From a virus (Duplodnaviria > Caudoviricetes), in IMG/VR virus record IMGVR_UViG_3300020045_003659, positions 1 to 34,166 of that record: DNA of 34,166 bases; one strand, given 5' to 3'. The first letter of the stretch is position 1. Every line of letters starts with the position of its first letter. Shown one piece after another: positions 1 through 10,500 of the stretch. Below the pieces are notes generated by a model. It did not search any database. It saw nothing but the letters and a program-made list of their open reading frames with translations, and had not been told where the DNA came from. The translations under genes and the position numbers were made by a program.

Positions 1-41
1 GGCAAACGCGGCCAGAGCAATTAACGAGATTTTCACGTATT

Positions 42-572
42 TCATTTGGGTCCTTTCAGTCGGTTGGTGAAGTCGGTCATTTCGCTGGCGAACTTGTCCC
101 ACGCGGGCCAGCTTCCGGTAAGGGTTCGAACGTCTGAGGAGTGCCCATCAGCTTTTTCTGCCAGCTCAACAAGAGCGCCCGCACACTCGTTGAGTACGGT
201 GTTTGCGGTAGCGGTGTACTCAGAGCAGGCGGCGATGGAAGTGACGGCGTTACTGGCACCAGCGGCGGATGACTCGCGCAGCCGAGCAAGCTCAGACTTA
301 GCGCGGCCAGCAGCAGCAGCGTTTTCAGCGGCGCGGGTTTGGGCGGCTTTGATGGCTTCATCTTTCGTCCTTTCAAGTGATGCGGTTTGTTCGGCGGCTT
401 GGGTCTGCGCAGCAACGATGGCTTCGGCCTGCGTTGCCTTGAATTGCGCGAGGTCGTTCTGTGCACTGTTCACGCGGTAGGCGTTGATCCCACCCCATCC
501 GAACAGGCCCGCGCAGATAGCTGCCCAGATGATCCCGGGCACGATATTGAACAGTCCAGCAATTGCACCCAT
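42..572 (-). CDS. Rz: Rz-like inner-membrane spanin (i-spanin)
   Basis: N-terminal TM helix followed by an Ala/Gln-rich coiled coil; last gene of the lysis cassette; contains an embedded lipoprotein ORF. Start set at ATG 572 (TGATG coupling with the upstream small ORF). Confidence 0.85.
   Translation of the reverse strand: MGAIAGLFNIVPGIIWAAICAGLFGWGGINAYRVNSAQNDLAQFKATQAEAIVAAQTQAAEQTASLERTKDEAIKAAQTRAAENAAAAGRAKSELARLRESSAAGASNAVTSIAACSEYTATANTVLNECAGALVELAEKADGHSSDVRTLTGSWPAWDKFASEMTDFTNRLKGPK
77..361 (-). CDS. Rz1: Rz1-like outer-membrane lipoprotein spanin (o-spanin), embedded in Rz
   Basis: MKPSKPPKPAPLKTLLLLAALSLSLLG-C signal peptide with lipobox, then a Pro-rich mature region; different frame inside Rz. 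Confidence 0.85.
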   Translation of the reverse strand: MKPSKPPKPAPLKTLLLLAALSLSLLGCASHPPLVPVTPSLPSPPALSTPLPQTPYSTSVRALLLSWQKKLMGTPQTFEPLPEAGPRGTSSPAK

Positions 573-682
573 CACGCACTCCAAGCAAGAAACGCCAGCA
601 CGCCGACAATCGTCAGAGCAGCCATGGCGAGGAACACCACGGCGCCGCCCAGCACGGCAAATGAAAAGTCTTCTTCTTTCAT
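572..682 (-). CDS. 36-aa single-TM peptide (not in ORF track)
   Basis: Translated by hand: MKEEDFSFAVLGGAVVFLAMAALTIVGVLAFLAWSA. ATGA overlap with the endolysin stop and TGATG overlap with the Rz start. Confidence 0.75.
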   Translation of the reverse strand: MKEEDFSFAVLGGAVVFLAMAALTIVGVLAFLAWSA

Positions 683-1203
683 GAGGCCCCCGTCAGTGCG
701 TCAACAATGGCCGTTGCAACCTGCCACTTTCGGGCCTGATACGCCGCTAGCTCGTCAGGGTTACTCAGGAAAAACACCTCAACGACAAGCCCGCCAACAC
801 GCACGAATCCCAAGCGACCGCGTGCGCTTTGACTCTGGTCAATCCATCCACCGGCGCCACGAACTGGAATACCCAGCACATGGCCGATGCGGCGTGCAAT
901 CGTTCGGGCAAGCTCGCGCTGCGATGGGAGGCTGATCACCTCGACACCTCGTGCACTTTTGTTGTCGCTGGCGTTGGTGTGCAACTCGATTGCAACAGCG
1001 CTACCGGGAACCAGCGTCATCGCGTAAGGCAGTGGGAGGTTTTGCCTCCACCCGCCATCTGTTGCCACGGTGTGACCTGCCGCAACCAGCTTGCTTGCAA
1101 CGATGTCGCGCAACTCTGTCATGAGCGCGTTTTCGGTTTCGCCTGTGGCAGCTACTGCACCCGGGTCGCTTGCGCCGTGGCCTGCGGTGACGGTGTATTT
1201 CAT
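679..1203 (-). CDS. Endolysin, N-acetylmuramoyl-L-alanine amidase (Amidase_3)
   Basis: AGHG..D.GA, conserved E, IELHTNA and VVEVFFLSN zinc-amidase motifs; lies between holin-like genes and spanins. Confidence 0.92.
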   Translation of the reverse strand: MKYTVTAGHGASDPGAVAATGETENALMTELRDIVASKLVAAGHTVATDGGWRQNLPLPYAMTLVPGSAVAIELHTNASDNKSARGVEVISLPSQRELARTIARRIGHVLGIPVRGAGGWIDQSQSARGRLGFVRVGGLVVEVFFLSNPDELAAYQARKWQVATAIVDALTGAS

Positions 1204-1628
1204 ACACGTTCCTTTTGCTCAAGCTCTTGCAAGCCGCTTGGGGTCACAAGGTCCGACAGGTCATAGGCTGGGCCGGTGGTCCGACTCATGATTCGGTTGA
1301 ACTCTCTGCGCTCGCGTGACTTGACTTCGGCTTGTCGCTCAAACGCCGCCGAGATATACGCCCCAGCCCGCCACACCATCGCTTCGGTGATGCTCATGCA
1401 CACCACAGCAGGCACGGCAAACAGCACGGCCATTCCTGAACCGTAGAACACCGAAGCCCAAGCCATGCCAACACCAGATGCAACGGTTGCGGGCATCAGC
1501 AGCAACTTGACGAACACCGGCGCCCGCTTGAGCGCGTTGGATGCGCAGAAGTGGTGCCCAGCCACCCACAGACCTGCGGACAGCAGGACGATGCGAAAAG
1601 CGCCTTCTGTGACGTTGAATTCATTCAT
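1200..1628 (-). CDS. Membrane protein (~3 TM), possible second holin/antiholin
   Basis: Three hydrophobic segments and a charged C-terminal tail; directly upstream of the endolysin. Confidence 0.6.
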   Translation of the reverse strand: MNEFNVTEGAFRIVLLSAGLWVAGHHFCASNALKRAPVFVKLLLMPATVASGVGMAWASVFYGSGMAVLFAVPAVVCMSITEAMVWRAGAYISAAFERQAEVKSRERREFNRIMSRTTGPAYDLSDLVTPSGLQELEQKERV

Positions 1629-2013
1629 CTGCGGCCTTCTCGCTCTTACGCTTGATGAAGCTCAGGGCGATAGGCAGAAGCCACGGCCAGCCAGCGCCGA
1701 GAACCCCAGCCAAAACCCAGTCGTTTGCGTAAACCGGGCTCACGTACTGACTCAGGATCTGGCCCGTGTATGGCGCACCGATGCCGCCGAGAAACACCGA
1801 AACCATGCCGTTTGCCAGTGCCTTCTCGCGGTTGTCCGGTTTCTTGTAGGCGTAGACAACCGTCACGGCCATGGCCCCGACGATCCACGGCACAGGATCG
1901 CGCCCAATCTGTGAAGCTGTCACACCAGCAATCACGCCGGTGGTGGTTGCCCATGCAAGCTTGTGACCGAATAGCGCCGTAAGCAGGACTGTGATTCTGG
2001 CTTTCCACTTCAC
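1621..2013 (-). CDS. Putative holin
   Basis: 130 aa with several TM segments and a basic C-terminus (KRKSEK); GTGA-coupled; first membrane gene of the lysis cassette. Confidence 0.7.
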   Translation of the reverse strand: MKWKARITVLLTALFGHKLAWATTTGVIAGVTASQIGRDPVPWIVGAMAVTVVYAYKKPDNREKALANGMVSVFLGGIGAPYTGQILSQYVSPVYANDWVLAGVLGAGWPWLLPIALSFIKRKSEKAADE

Positions 2014-2429
2014 GCGACCCCCATGTTTTTGGCCTCGATCAACAGGGATTCAGGGGTCACTCGGGCGCCAGGCCGCTTGCCCGTCATCATGTAGGAGCTC
2101 AACTCGTAGCAGTACCACCGCTGCGAATCCGATGCGTTGAGCATCACAAAGGCGAAGAGCGAAATCCAGTCATAGCCCTTTCCTTCCTGCTCTTTGAACA
2201 GCTCCAGCGCTCTGGCATCGTCTCCGCCGATGTCAAAGACAACCCATCCGGTAGGATTGAATGGCTCTGCAATCACGCCATGCCGAGAGGTCGCGTGATA
2301 CAACGTGTCACCCACAACAATCCCAGCGTGCGGGTAATGTGTGACCAGCCGCAGCTTGATAGCCTTGGCTGAGAATCGACCAAGCGAGTTTGCATCCGGT
2401 GCCGCGCCGGTTCGGAGTGCGAGTTTCAT
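2010..2429 (-). CDS. Permuted papain-like NlpC/P60 (YaeF/YiiX-type) amidase
   Basis: His precedes Cys: YPHAGIV...YHAT..HGV...GKGYDW...WYCYEL. Start at ATG 2429 (ATGA overlap). Confidence 0.8.
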   Translation of the reverse strand: MKLALRTGAAPDANSLGRFSAKAIKLRLVTHYPHAGIVVGDTLYHATSRHGVIAEPFNPTGWVVFDIGGDDARALELFKEQEGKGYDWISLFAFVMLNASDSQRWYCYELSSYMMTGKRPGARVTPESLLIEAKNMGVA

Positions 2430-4534
2430 GTACACCTTCCAATCTCACGCCACTGCGTTCCATTCCACACCAGCGTCAATGAACTTCCTGCAATAGCTGC
2501 AAAGTTGACACCGCCACTGAGTCGCATACTTGCGCCGTTGACCACGTTCAATGCACCAGCAAAGAACAACGTCACCTTGCGGCCAGGATATCCGCCCGTC
2601 AAAGTTCCGAACCCGGTGGTTCCTGAAATCAGAAACACATCACCCACGTTGCCCGTCAAATGCAAAGGGTCGGCTGATGCGATAGTCGGTAGCAGCCAGT
2701 TGGCAGAGTTGTCCGCCATGCTCGCCCCAGCAGCAGGAGCAATAAAGTCAATGTTGGTCGCAACAAGTCCAGTTGTGGAAACTGCCACGTTGAAAGGCTT
2801 CGTCAAGTAGTCCCTGATTTTCGCTCCGTCGATCTTGAACGTACCTGCAAAACTCTGCTGGAAAGAGTAAGCGCAGTTCCGCAGAAACCCCCCGCGCCAC
2901 ATGATGCGTTGAGCATTCAGGTTGTCACAACCGATAGTGCAGGCGACTGCATCGCACGATACGTATTCAACATCGCCAGAGCTTGCATTATTGGCATAGC
3001 CTGTAACCTTTCCAGCGGTGTACATGCTCGTTATCTTGCAATCAATCGCAGCGCCTTCGATCAATACGCCAATGCTTCCAGCTTGACGCGGTACGCCAGC
3101 ATTGACGGGACCATCAGCAGCGCAACCAACCATGGCGACGGCTGCGGTGTTGTGCAGTCGGAACCCACGGAAATAACCATAGCTGAAACAGTTCGTGACC
3201 TTGGGAAAATCAACCGTTGCCGCCAGTTCGTAAGCGATACCACTGCGCATCAGAATCGCCTGCGTTGCATCGCTTGCGGTCCATGAGAAGTTTGCAGTTG
3301 TGAACGGCCAGAAATGGCAATTCAACAGATACACAGTGTCAACGGCGTTCTGAATCCTGATGCCGTTGGTGCAATCGCCTTGCACGTTGGTAAGGTTTGC
3401 CCGAGCATGGTTCAGAGAATCAAAAGCGCGAGCGAAGCCAAGAATCAGAAGGTCCGACAAAACCACGTCAGCGCCGCCACCAGTGATAGCAGTCCCTGCA
3501 AATGCAGCGATTCCAGAGGCTGCATCGACCTCACTGATGAACGGAAGGTCTAGCCCATCCCGGACAACGATACATTGCGCCAGTGCAGACGATGCAAGTG
3601 CCGTGATGGTCACAGCACTTCCGACACGGAGAACGCCAGCCTTGCTGTCAAAGTCTGCCAGGCTATCACCAGGCTGCAACTGACCAGCGCCCTTGAGCGG
3701 TCCAACAAGCGCCACGTTCAACGGGATTGTGAGGTTTGACAGAATCCGATGATTGCGCGAAAAGTGGACTTGCCCGCCACCCAGCGCCGCAGCTTGGTTC
3801 AATGCGTTTTGAAATGCCGCCGTATCGTTTGTTGCGCCACCAAATGCGCCAAAGTCATCCACATGGATGTGATCGCGCAATTTCGTTTGAAGGTTGCGTG
3901 CCGTTGCGCCAGTACCAGCGGCCAGCGTTCCAACATCAAGCGCCCCGTTTCCGGTACGCATGTACGTAAGTCGGCCAGCAAGCGTTGTGTATCGAGTCCC
4001 GGAAGCGCCATCATCAACACCCACCAGAGCCGCAGCGCCGGGGATTGTGAAGTCATCAAGCGCGGCCTCAATCGCCGCACCCGCCGCAATGGCCGAATCA
4101 GCCGATGCAATCAGATCAGCAAGGAACGCATCAGGAGTTTCAGAGCTGCTGATTGGGAGCGTAAGCGCACGGCTACCCGCCTCTTTCAACTGCTGGGAAA
4201 TGATCGTCAACCGATCAAGCGCGTTGTTGATGACGGTAGGGTAAAAGCCGCCCTGGTTCGTCAGGTCAACCGGCTGCAACGCGGCAACGTCGCTGGTGAT
4301 GGTGATTAGGTCGCCAGACGCAGGAGGGGTGTAGAAGTTGACAGCACCATCTTCGCCAAGAATGGTGACTTCATACCCGCCAGGACCTTCGGCAACAATT
4401 GACTCAACGCCGTCAACCGTGCGGACCACCACAATGTCACTCGTCTGGAAAACCTTGAAGTAGAACGGGAATTGTGAAACCACACCATTCCCGGTGTATG
4501 GCCCTGCCTTGCGTGTTTCGCTGCTAATCGTCAT
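2426..4534 (-). CDS. Tail fiber/tailspike with beta-helix (pectate-lyase-like) depolymerase domain
   Basis: N-terminal podovirus fiber anchor (MTISSETRKAGPYTGNG..FPFYFKVF); VDDFGA.G..TNDTAAFQNALN beta-helix start motif. Confidence 0.88.
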   Translation of the reverse strand: MTISSETRKAGPYTGNGVVSQFPFYFKVFQTSDIVVVRTVDGVESIVAEGPGGYEVTILGEDGAVNFYTPPASGDLITITSDVAALQPVDLTNQGGFYPTVINNALDRLTIISQQLKEAGSRALTLPISSSETPDAFLADLIASADSAIAAGAAIEAALDDFTIPGAAALVGVDDGASGTRYTTLAGRLTYMRTGNGALDVGTLAAGTGATARNLQTKLRDHIHVDDFGAFGGATNDTAAFQNALNQAAALGGGQVHFSRNHRILSNLTIPLNVALVGPLKGAGQLQPGDSLADFDSKAGVLRVGSAVTITALASSALAQCIVVRDGLDLPFISEVDAASGIAAFAGTAITGGGADVVLSDLLILGFARAFDSLNHARANLTNVQGDCTNGIRIQNAVDTVYLLNCHFWPFTTANFSWTASDATQAILMRSGIAYELAATVDFPKVTNCFSYGYFRGFRLHNTAAVAMVGCAADGPVNAGVPRQAGSIGVLIEGAAIDCKITSMYTAGKVTGYANNASSGDVEYVSCDAVACTIGCDNLNAQRIMWRGGFLRNCAYSFQQSFAGTFKIDGAKIRDYLTKPFNVAVSTTGLVATNIDFIAPAAGASMADNSANWLLPTIASADPLHLTGNVGDVFLISGTTGFGTLTGGYPGRKVTLFFAGALNVVNGASMRLSGGVNFAAIAGSSLTLVWNGTQWREIGRCT

Positions 4535-4558
4535 CGGTGGTCCTTGCCAAATGCCAGC

Positions 4559-4590
4559 AAGTTACCGACCAATGATCAGGATGCGTACAC
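4559..4590 (-). promoter_or_regulatory. Putative late promoter (tailspike/lysis block)
   Basis: GTGTACGCAT (4590-4581), 16 bp, TAACTT (4564-4559); AAGGA RBS downstream. Confidence 0.7.
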
Positions 4591-7500
4591 CTAGCGCTGG
4601 AATCCGAAGGTGATAGCTTGAACCGCTTCCACTGGACCGTCAGTCTCACCGTCAATCACAGCGGGTATGCCTTGCATCACAGTTCGATTGATCTGCACGG
4701 ATGGAATGCCGGTCAAATCACCTAGCACGGAGATAAACGCCTTGCCGAATCCAGCATCAAACTCCCCTTGTGCGGTCTGGCTTGTCAGCTTCGTGATGTC
4801 GCCGATCATCCGAAGACCAGCCGGGCCACCGTAGCCGGGTGAATATTCACCAAATGCCATCTTTGCAGCCTGGCCGAATTCGCGCCCGACAACCACCATG
4901 CCAAGCAGGAAGTTGACTTGTTCAACGGCCAGCTTTTTCAACAGGTCTTCATCGTCGTCATCCCCGCCAAGAACCAGCGCATCCTTGAGCAGCGTTCCGA
5001 GAATCACCGGGGCCATCGTCACCAGAAGAATGTTTGCCACGGCACGCGCCTTGCTTGCGTCGGTCTTCCCAGCAAGATACGCCACGTTCAGCGTCGAACC
5101 CATGTAGCTGTAAAAGGTGGTGAACAGTTTCACGATAGCCCCGCCGCGCTCAATGCCGGATTGGTCTACCTCTTCACCGCCGCCTTGTGCGTCCTTCACA
5201 CCCTGGTCGGCCAATTGAACCGCCGTGGCCTCGTCCTGCCCTTCTGCAATGGCTTTCTCGTAACCACCCCACCACGTAGGCACGTCCACCATCATCTGTG
5301 TGCGCATCATCAGCCAGTAGCCGTATTTGCCCATCAACTCCTTCGCTGCGGTCTGGCCCTGCACTTGGTTGCGCAGTTCGTTCAACTCACGGAAGCGGGT
5401 ACGTGTGCGGTTTGCCAGCCACTTGGATTTTTCCTGAGCCTCGCGGGTTGACTGCATCGGAGCGGCCACGTAGCGGGCAACCCCTTTCCCAACCCACGTA
5501 GCACCCACACGGGCGATGGAGTTGGACAGGCCAAGCGGCTGCATCGCTGCGGTCAGCAGGTTGAACGTCAGGGCTGATGCGCTGATGCTCTGACGCAGGA
5601 ATCCCGCCGCACGCTCAACACCGTGATCCATGCGACGAGAACCAATCACGATGTCGTCGCGCCACTTGTCGAACTCTCGTTTCACTTCGGGGCCGTAGTG
5701 CTCACGAATCGCGTTGTCGATGGTCTTGGACTTGAGCAGCTTGTTAGCGTCGATCACCCATTCATGCCACGACAGATCGTGAATGACGTTGTTCACGCCG
5801 GTATAGAGTCCCTGGAGGTTCAGCATCAAAGGCCGTCCGTTCAGTTCCTCGACCCGCTGTTTGATGAAACCCCGCTGAGTGGTTGCCGCAGAGTACGCGG
5901 CCTTCATCATGTCCTTGGCCTCTTGAGACTTGCTGTCAGCCTCTGCCTTCATGTTCACACGCGGGTCAAACACAACCGGGTAGTACCCACCACGCAGTTG
6001 GATGCGCTGGCCGTCAGCCGTGCTTACGTCGATCTGGCGGGCCTTGATCCATTCCGGTTCCTTGCCAGTGACGCGAAGCTCTTTCTCTGCGATCAACGGA
6101 CGGTAAGTCTCGAAGTGATCCCACACCGCTTGCACTGCGGTCCATTCCTCTGCGGTCAGGCCATCAAGCACCGGCTTCACTTGCGCGAACGTCCAGCCCT
6201 TACCGCCAAGCAGGCGTTGCATGTTGGACTCGTTGCCGATGTTCAAGGCGACGGCGAACCGCTCTTGCCAGTTCATCGACTCATTCAAGCTTGGGAAGAA
6301 TTTCCCCTTGCCTACCTTGTCAGACATGGGGACCTTGGACAGCACGGGGCGCATGATCTTGTCCAGCGCTTCCGTCGCCTTTGCCCTCATTTCCGTTTCC
6401 ATCGTTGCCCGCTCGTTAGCAGGCTGGAGCAGGTAGCGCCACACTGGGCCGTTGTCCTTGCCGCCGTCCATGATTCGCGCCCAGGTGGCTACCTTGATGT
6501 GCGATGCGCCAAACTGCTTGATCGACTGGAACTTCTGTCCGAGCCAATTGTTTGCCGTCTTGGTCTTCTTGCCTGACTGCTTGGCGTGTTCAACAATGCC
6601 AGCGGCTATGTCGTCGCGGATCGCTTCGTATCCCTTCTGGTCGCGGGCCGTCAGAATCTTGTTTTTCAGTCGTCCGAGGTGTTCGATGTTCTTCACCGTG
6701 TCCACCAGACCACGGAATTCCTCGACCGTCATGTCTTTGTGCGAGCGCTTGGCGGACCGTTCAATGGCCTGAGCAAGCAGCGCAATCGCGGCTTCATCGT
6801 CCTTGTAAACAAGATCGCCGGATTCATCGCGGCTTTGCACCTGAGCCAGATACTTCGATCGCTCGGCGGGCGTCAGCAGGCTTTCGGCAATGGCGGGTAG
6901 CTCACCAGCATTCAGTCGGGACTGAACCCATGTGGCAAGGCTCTGGCGTCGGTCTGCCTGGCTGGCCGTGCTTTGCAGATCGTACTTTTCCAGCAGCGTA
7001 TCAATCTGGTCAACGTAGCCCTGATCGAGATTCTTCCGAACGCTTTCCTTGCCAAACTTCTTCAGGTACTTGAGCGACGAATCCACCTCGTCACGCGCAT
7101 CGTGCGCAGCCTTGGCAGCTTGGAGTTGCAGAACCTGATTGCGCTTTTCGGTCGCAGCGGTCTGAATGTCTCCCGCCTTGCTGGCCTTCATTGCGTTGAC
7201 GGCTGCGCGTGCTGCGGCATTGGCGAACCGGCTGGGCTGTACGTCACGGACTTTCAGGCGGGCCACGATCTGAGCCGCGAACTCCTTTGCAGCGCTCAAC
7301 AGAATCTTTTGTTGTCCGGTCGCTTGCGCCAGTGCGTTGGCCTCAGTCGCCACCATGCGGGCGCGGGCCTCATTGTGAATCGCCTTGTCTGCCGCCTGAT
7401 CGATGGCTCCCGGAGTGGCGAGGTCGCCGAAGCGCTCAAGCATCCGTTGATCGGTCAGGTTCTCGATAGCCTCTTCTGGCGGCACGGAATCGACAAGCTC

Positions 7501-10500
7501 ACGGGTCAACTGGTCGCCAGAAGTAAAGCCAAACTCTTCGGCAACAATGTCAGGATGGAATCCATCCTTTCCGGTCATCTTGCGATCTTTCAGGATTTCG
7601 ACAAAGCCAGCGGGGAGGCCGAGACTTTCAACCTCTGAAAGCTGCAACTTCCCAAGCTCACCTAAAGCCTGCTCAATGGTTTCTGGCCGTACAACTTCCG
7701 GCTTCTTAGGCTTCTGGTTTTCCTTTTCCCAGAGAATGGCCGCCCGCTCTGAATCAACCTCAACAAGCTTTTTGTTCTTGATTAGGAACTGACCCTTAGC
7801 CATGCCTCGCTTTTGCGGAGAGGCATATTCTGCTGACGCCTGCGGGGATTGCTCCCACATCTGCGCTTTGATCTTGGTGGATTGCTCTGCCTTGTATTCT
7901 TCCCGTCGCTGCTCCCAATCGGATAGCTCTTTCTTGAACTCGGTTTCTGCCTCAGTCGGAGCGCCCTTCTCCACGGTTGCCGTCAGGAACTGCCATGCTC
8001 GGTACACCGGCTGGCTCATGACCTCCCTGCGCACCTCAATGCGTACCTCTTTGCGCCGTGCCTCTGCGCTTTTCTGGAGCTTCTTGATCTCACGTCCATG
8101 TGCATTCCTAGCCCATGCAAGATCACGCAACCCGCGTGCCTGTAGCTTGTCGATGGCTTCTGCGGTCGGTTCGATTCCTTGCTCTTGATAGGCCGCGAAC
8201 TCTTCCGGCGTCATCCCGGCCTGTTCAGGATTCGCAAACAGCGGCAGCATGGAGCGCGACTGTTCGGCGGTCTTGATCTGCTCACTTGTCGCCAGCATCC
8301 GGTCGAAAATAGAGCGCACGGAATCATCCAGCTTCCCGGCTTCAGGGTTCTTTTCAAGGAACGACTTGAGAGACTTGTAGACGTTCAGCAGCCATGCGCG
8401 GAACTTCTGGAAGTACGGAGCGAGTTCAATGCTCGGGGCATTCCCGTTGAACAGATAAGCCTCGAAGCTTTCGGCGGTGCGCTCATGGGCGACACGCTTC
8501 TGCTCAAAGTCCATCGTGTACCACTGGGCCAACTGCTCCTCAACCGTGCCTTTGATGCCGTGCCAGTTCATCAGGGCGGAAACATCAGCAACAATCTGCC
8601 GCTCACCTTCGGACTGCGTGTCAGACTCAAATACACCGTTCTGTTTTACAAGTTCAGCGGCCAGAGCAATGTCATTCTCAAAGAAGAAATGAGCACCTTC
8701 ATGGAGGGCTGTGCTTAAATCTGCGCCTTTAAGAAGGGCGATAGAAAACTCAGTCGTCGCTACCGCAACAGCATCAGCGCCGAACTTATCAATAGCGGTA
8801 GCTTGCGCGGCGTCTTGCTCAAGTGCGACAACCTCACCGACTTTTTCACCGTTGCGGAGTACGTTGAAGATGCGGCCAAATGAGCCACGTGCCTTCTGCG
8901 TAGAGCCGCCCTGATTGAGAACAGCCGAGCCGTCAGGAAGGAAGCGCACACGGCGCGACTTGCTGGCGGTCTTTGTTTCAACGCGAAAATCTTGCCTTCC
9001 ACCGGGGAACTCGTCATCCAACAACAGGCGGTCGGGTTTAACTCGAAACGGGATCGCAGTATCGCCATACCCTGTATCAGTTTCAGGAGTGGTTGTGAAA
9101 TACAGGTCTGGCTCTGCTGCCGACTTGAGGACGCCAGACTGACGAATTTCCGCCGCCTTCTCTGCGCTTGTATGGTGGTAGACCGTTACCGTCCCATCGG
9201 AGTTAAGCGGCAACCCGGTTGCATCATCAAGTGCGCCTGTCTGGTCGTTTTGGCCTTGGTCAAGTTGCAGGCCTTCCATGCGCTGCGCAGCAAACCGCAC
9301 CTTTCGCTGTTCATAGAACTGCTCAGGCGTCACGCCCAACTGAGCCGCCCGCACCGCGTAGTAGCTGGAGAACAGCGCCGCATCGGTTTCGTTCTTCTCA
9401 GGCGTGAACCGGCCAAGCGCGTCAAGCTCCTGCTGGATCTGAGCCTTCACCACGGCCTGCGAGGTCTGGGAAACCTCGTCGCCCTGCTGCTCGGTCAGTG
9501 CCCGCTCGACCTCTTGTTGCAGTTGGTCGCCTTGGCTCTGCATGTACTCCTGAGCTTCGGCACGGCTGAACCCATCGGGATCGGTCTTGACGTGGTCTAG
9601 CAAGCCCTGAGCGAAGTCTGTAGGCGCAATGCGTGCGGTGTATTCCTCAACTGGAATAGCGATCTGTGCGCCAGTCTGTGCGGCAATCTCCAACTGCTCG
9701 GCAACAGCGGGAGACACTGCGGCCACCTGTTCAGCTACACCGGATTGCATCAGGGTCTGAGCGTCGATATAGACCTTCTCGACCGGGCCACCTTCTGCCG
9801 CGTCCTTGATGAACTGCTCGAAGCTCTGCGGGTCGCGCTGCAACAGCTTGTCAGCCTTGACCAACTCGGACAGATCAGCAATCGCCTGCCCGCCTTGTTC
9901 GGCCTGCTCAACCTTTCGCGCGCCACGAGTGCGAACATGAAGCGCAGATTCAACGATGGTTCGCACGATGCCACCGACAGCAGCGCCAACGCCGCCTTCT
10001 TCGATTGATTGGCCTATGTTGATTTCCGCGTCACGGTTGGTAATGGACTTGCGAATCACGTCTTGAATGACGTTCTCTGAAAACTCTTGCCCACCCTCAG
10101 CAGCCGAAGCAATGCCGATGCGTGCAAGTGCTGCGCCAATCTGACTCTTCATCGGAACAGCCAACGGGCCAAGCAGCTTGTCAAGCGCCCAGGCTTCAGT
10201 CACACCAGTTACAGCCGCGCCACCCAGAACGGCCAAATCCTTATCGCGCTGGTTTGCAATGTCCGGCGCAATCTTCTCGTTCATCACGTCCGCACCCTGC
10301 GCGTAAAGGCTGGTGCCTCGCGTAAGTATGGACATGGGGATTTGACCGACAACCTGACCCAGACCACCGGCAACCTGATCCCAGAAAGTCTTTTCGCCAG
10401 TGCCTTCAATGGCACGGCCTTTTTCCTTGACCATACCGCCAACATCCCGCAGACCTTCACCGATCAGCGGGCCAGCAAGGGATTCAATTGTTGGCTTCTG

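Noticed and set aside
1-41. Prophage att site or genome end
   Set aside because: Too little flanking sequence, no partner repeat and no integrase in the window.
2426-2436. Partial late motif GGTGTACATG at the tailspike stop
   Set aside because: Only GTGTAC matches, and there is no -10-like hexamer 16 bp downstream.
2426-4590. Diversity-generating retroelement as in BPP-1
   Set aside because: No reverse transcriptase and no TR/VR repeat pair seen; the receptor-binding gene is a beta-helix tailspike. A DGR outside the window cannot be excluded.
8039-8048. 8/10 match to the late motif (AGGTACGCAT); similar match at 32760-32769
   Set aside because: Inside coding sequence, with no -10-like hexamer at the 16-bp spacing.
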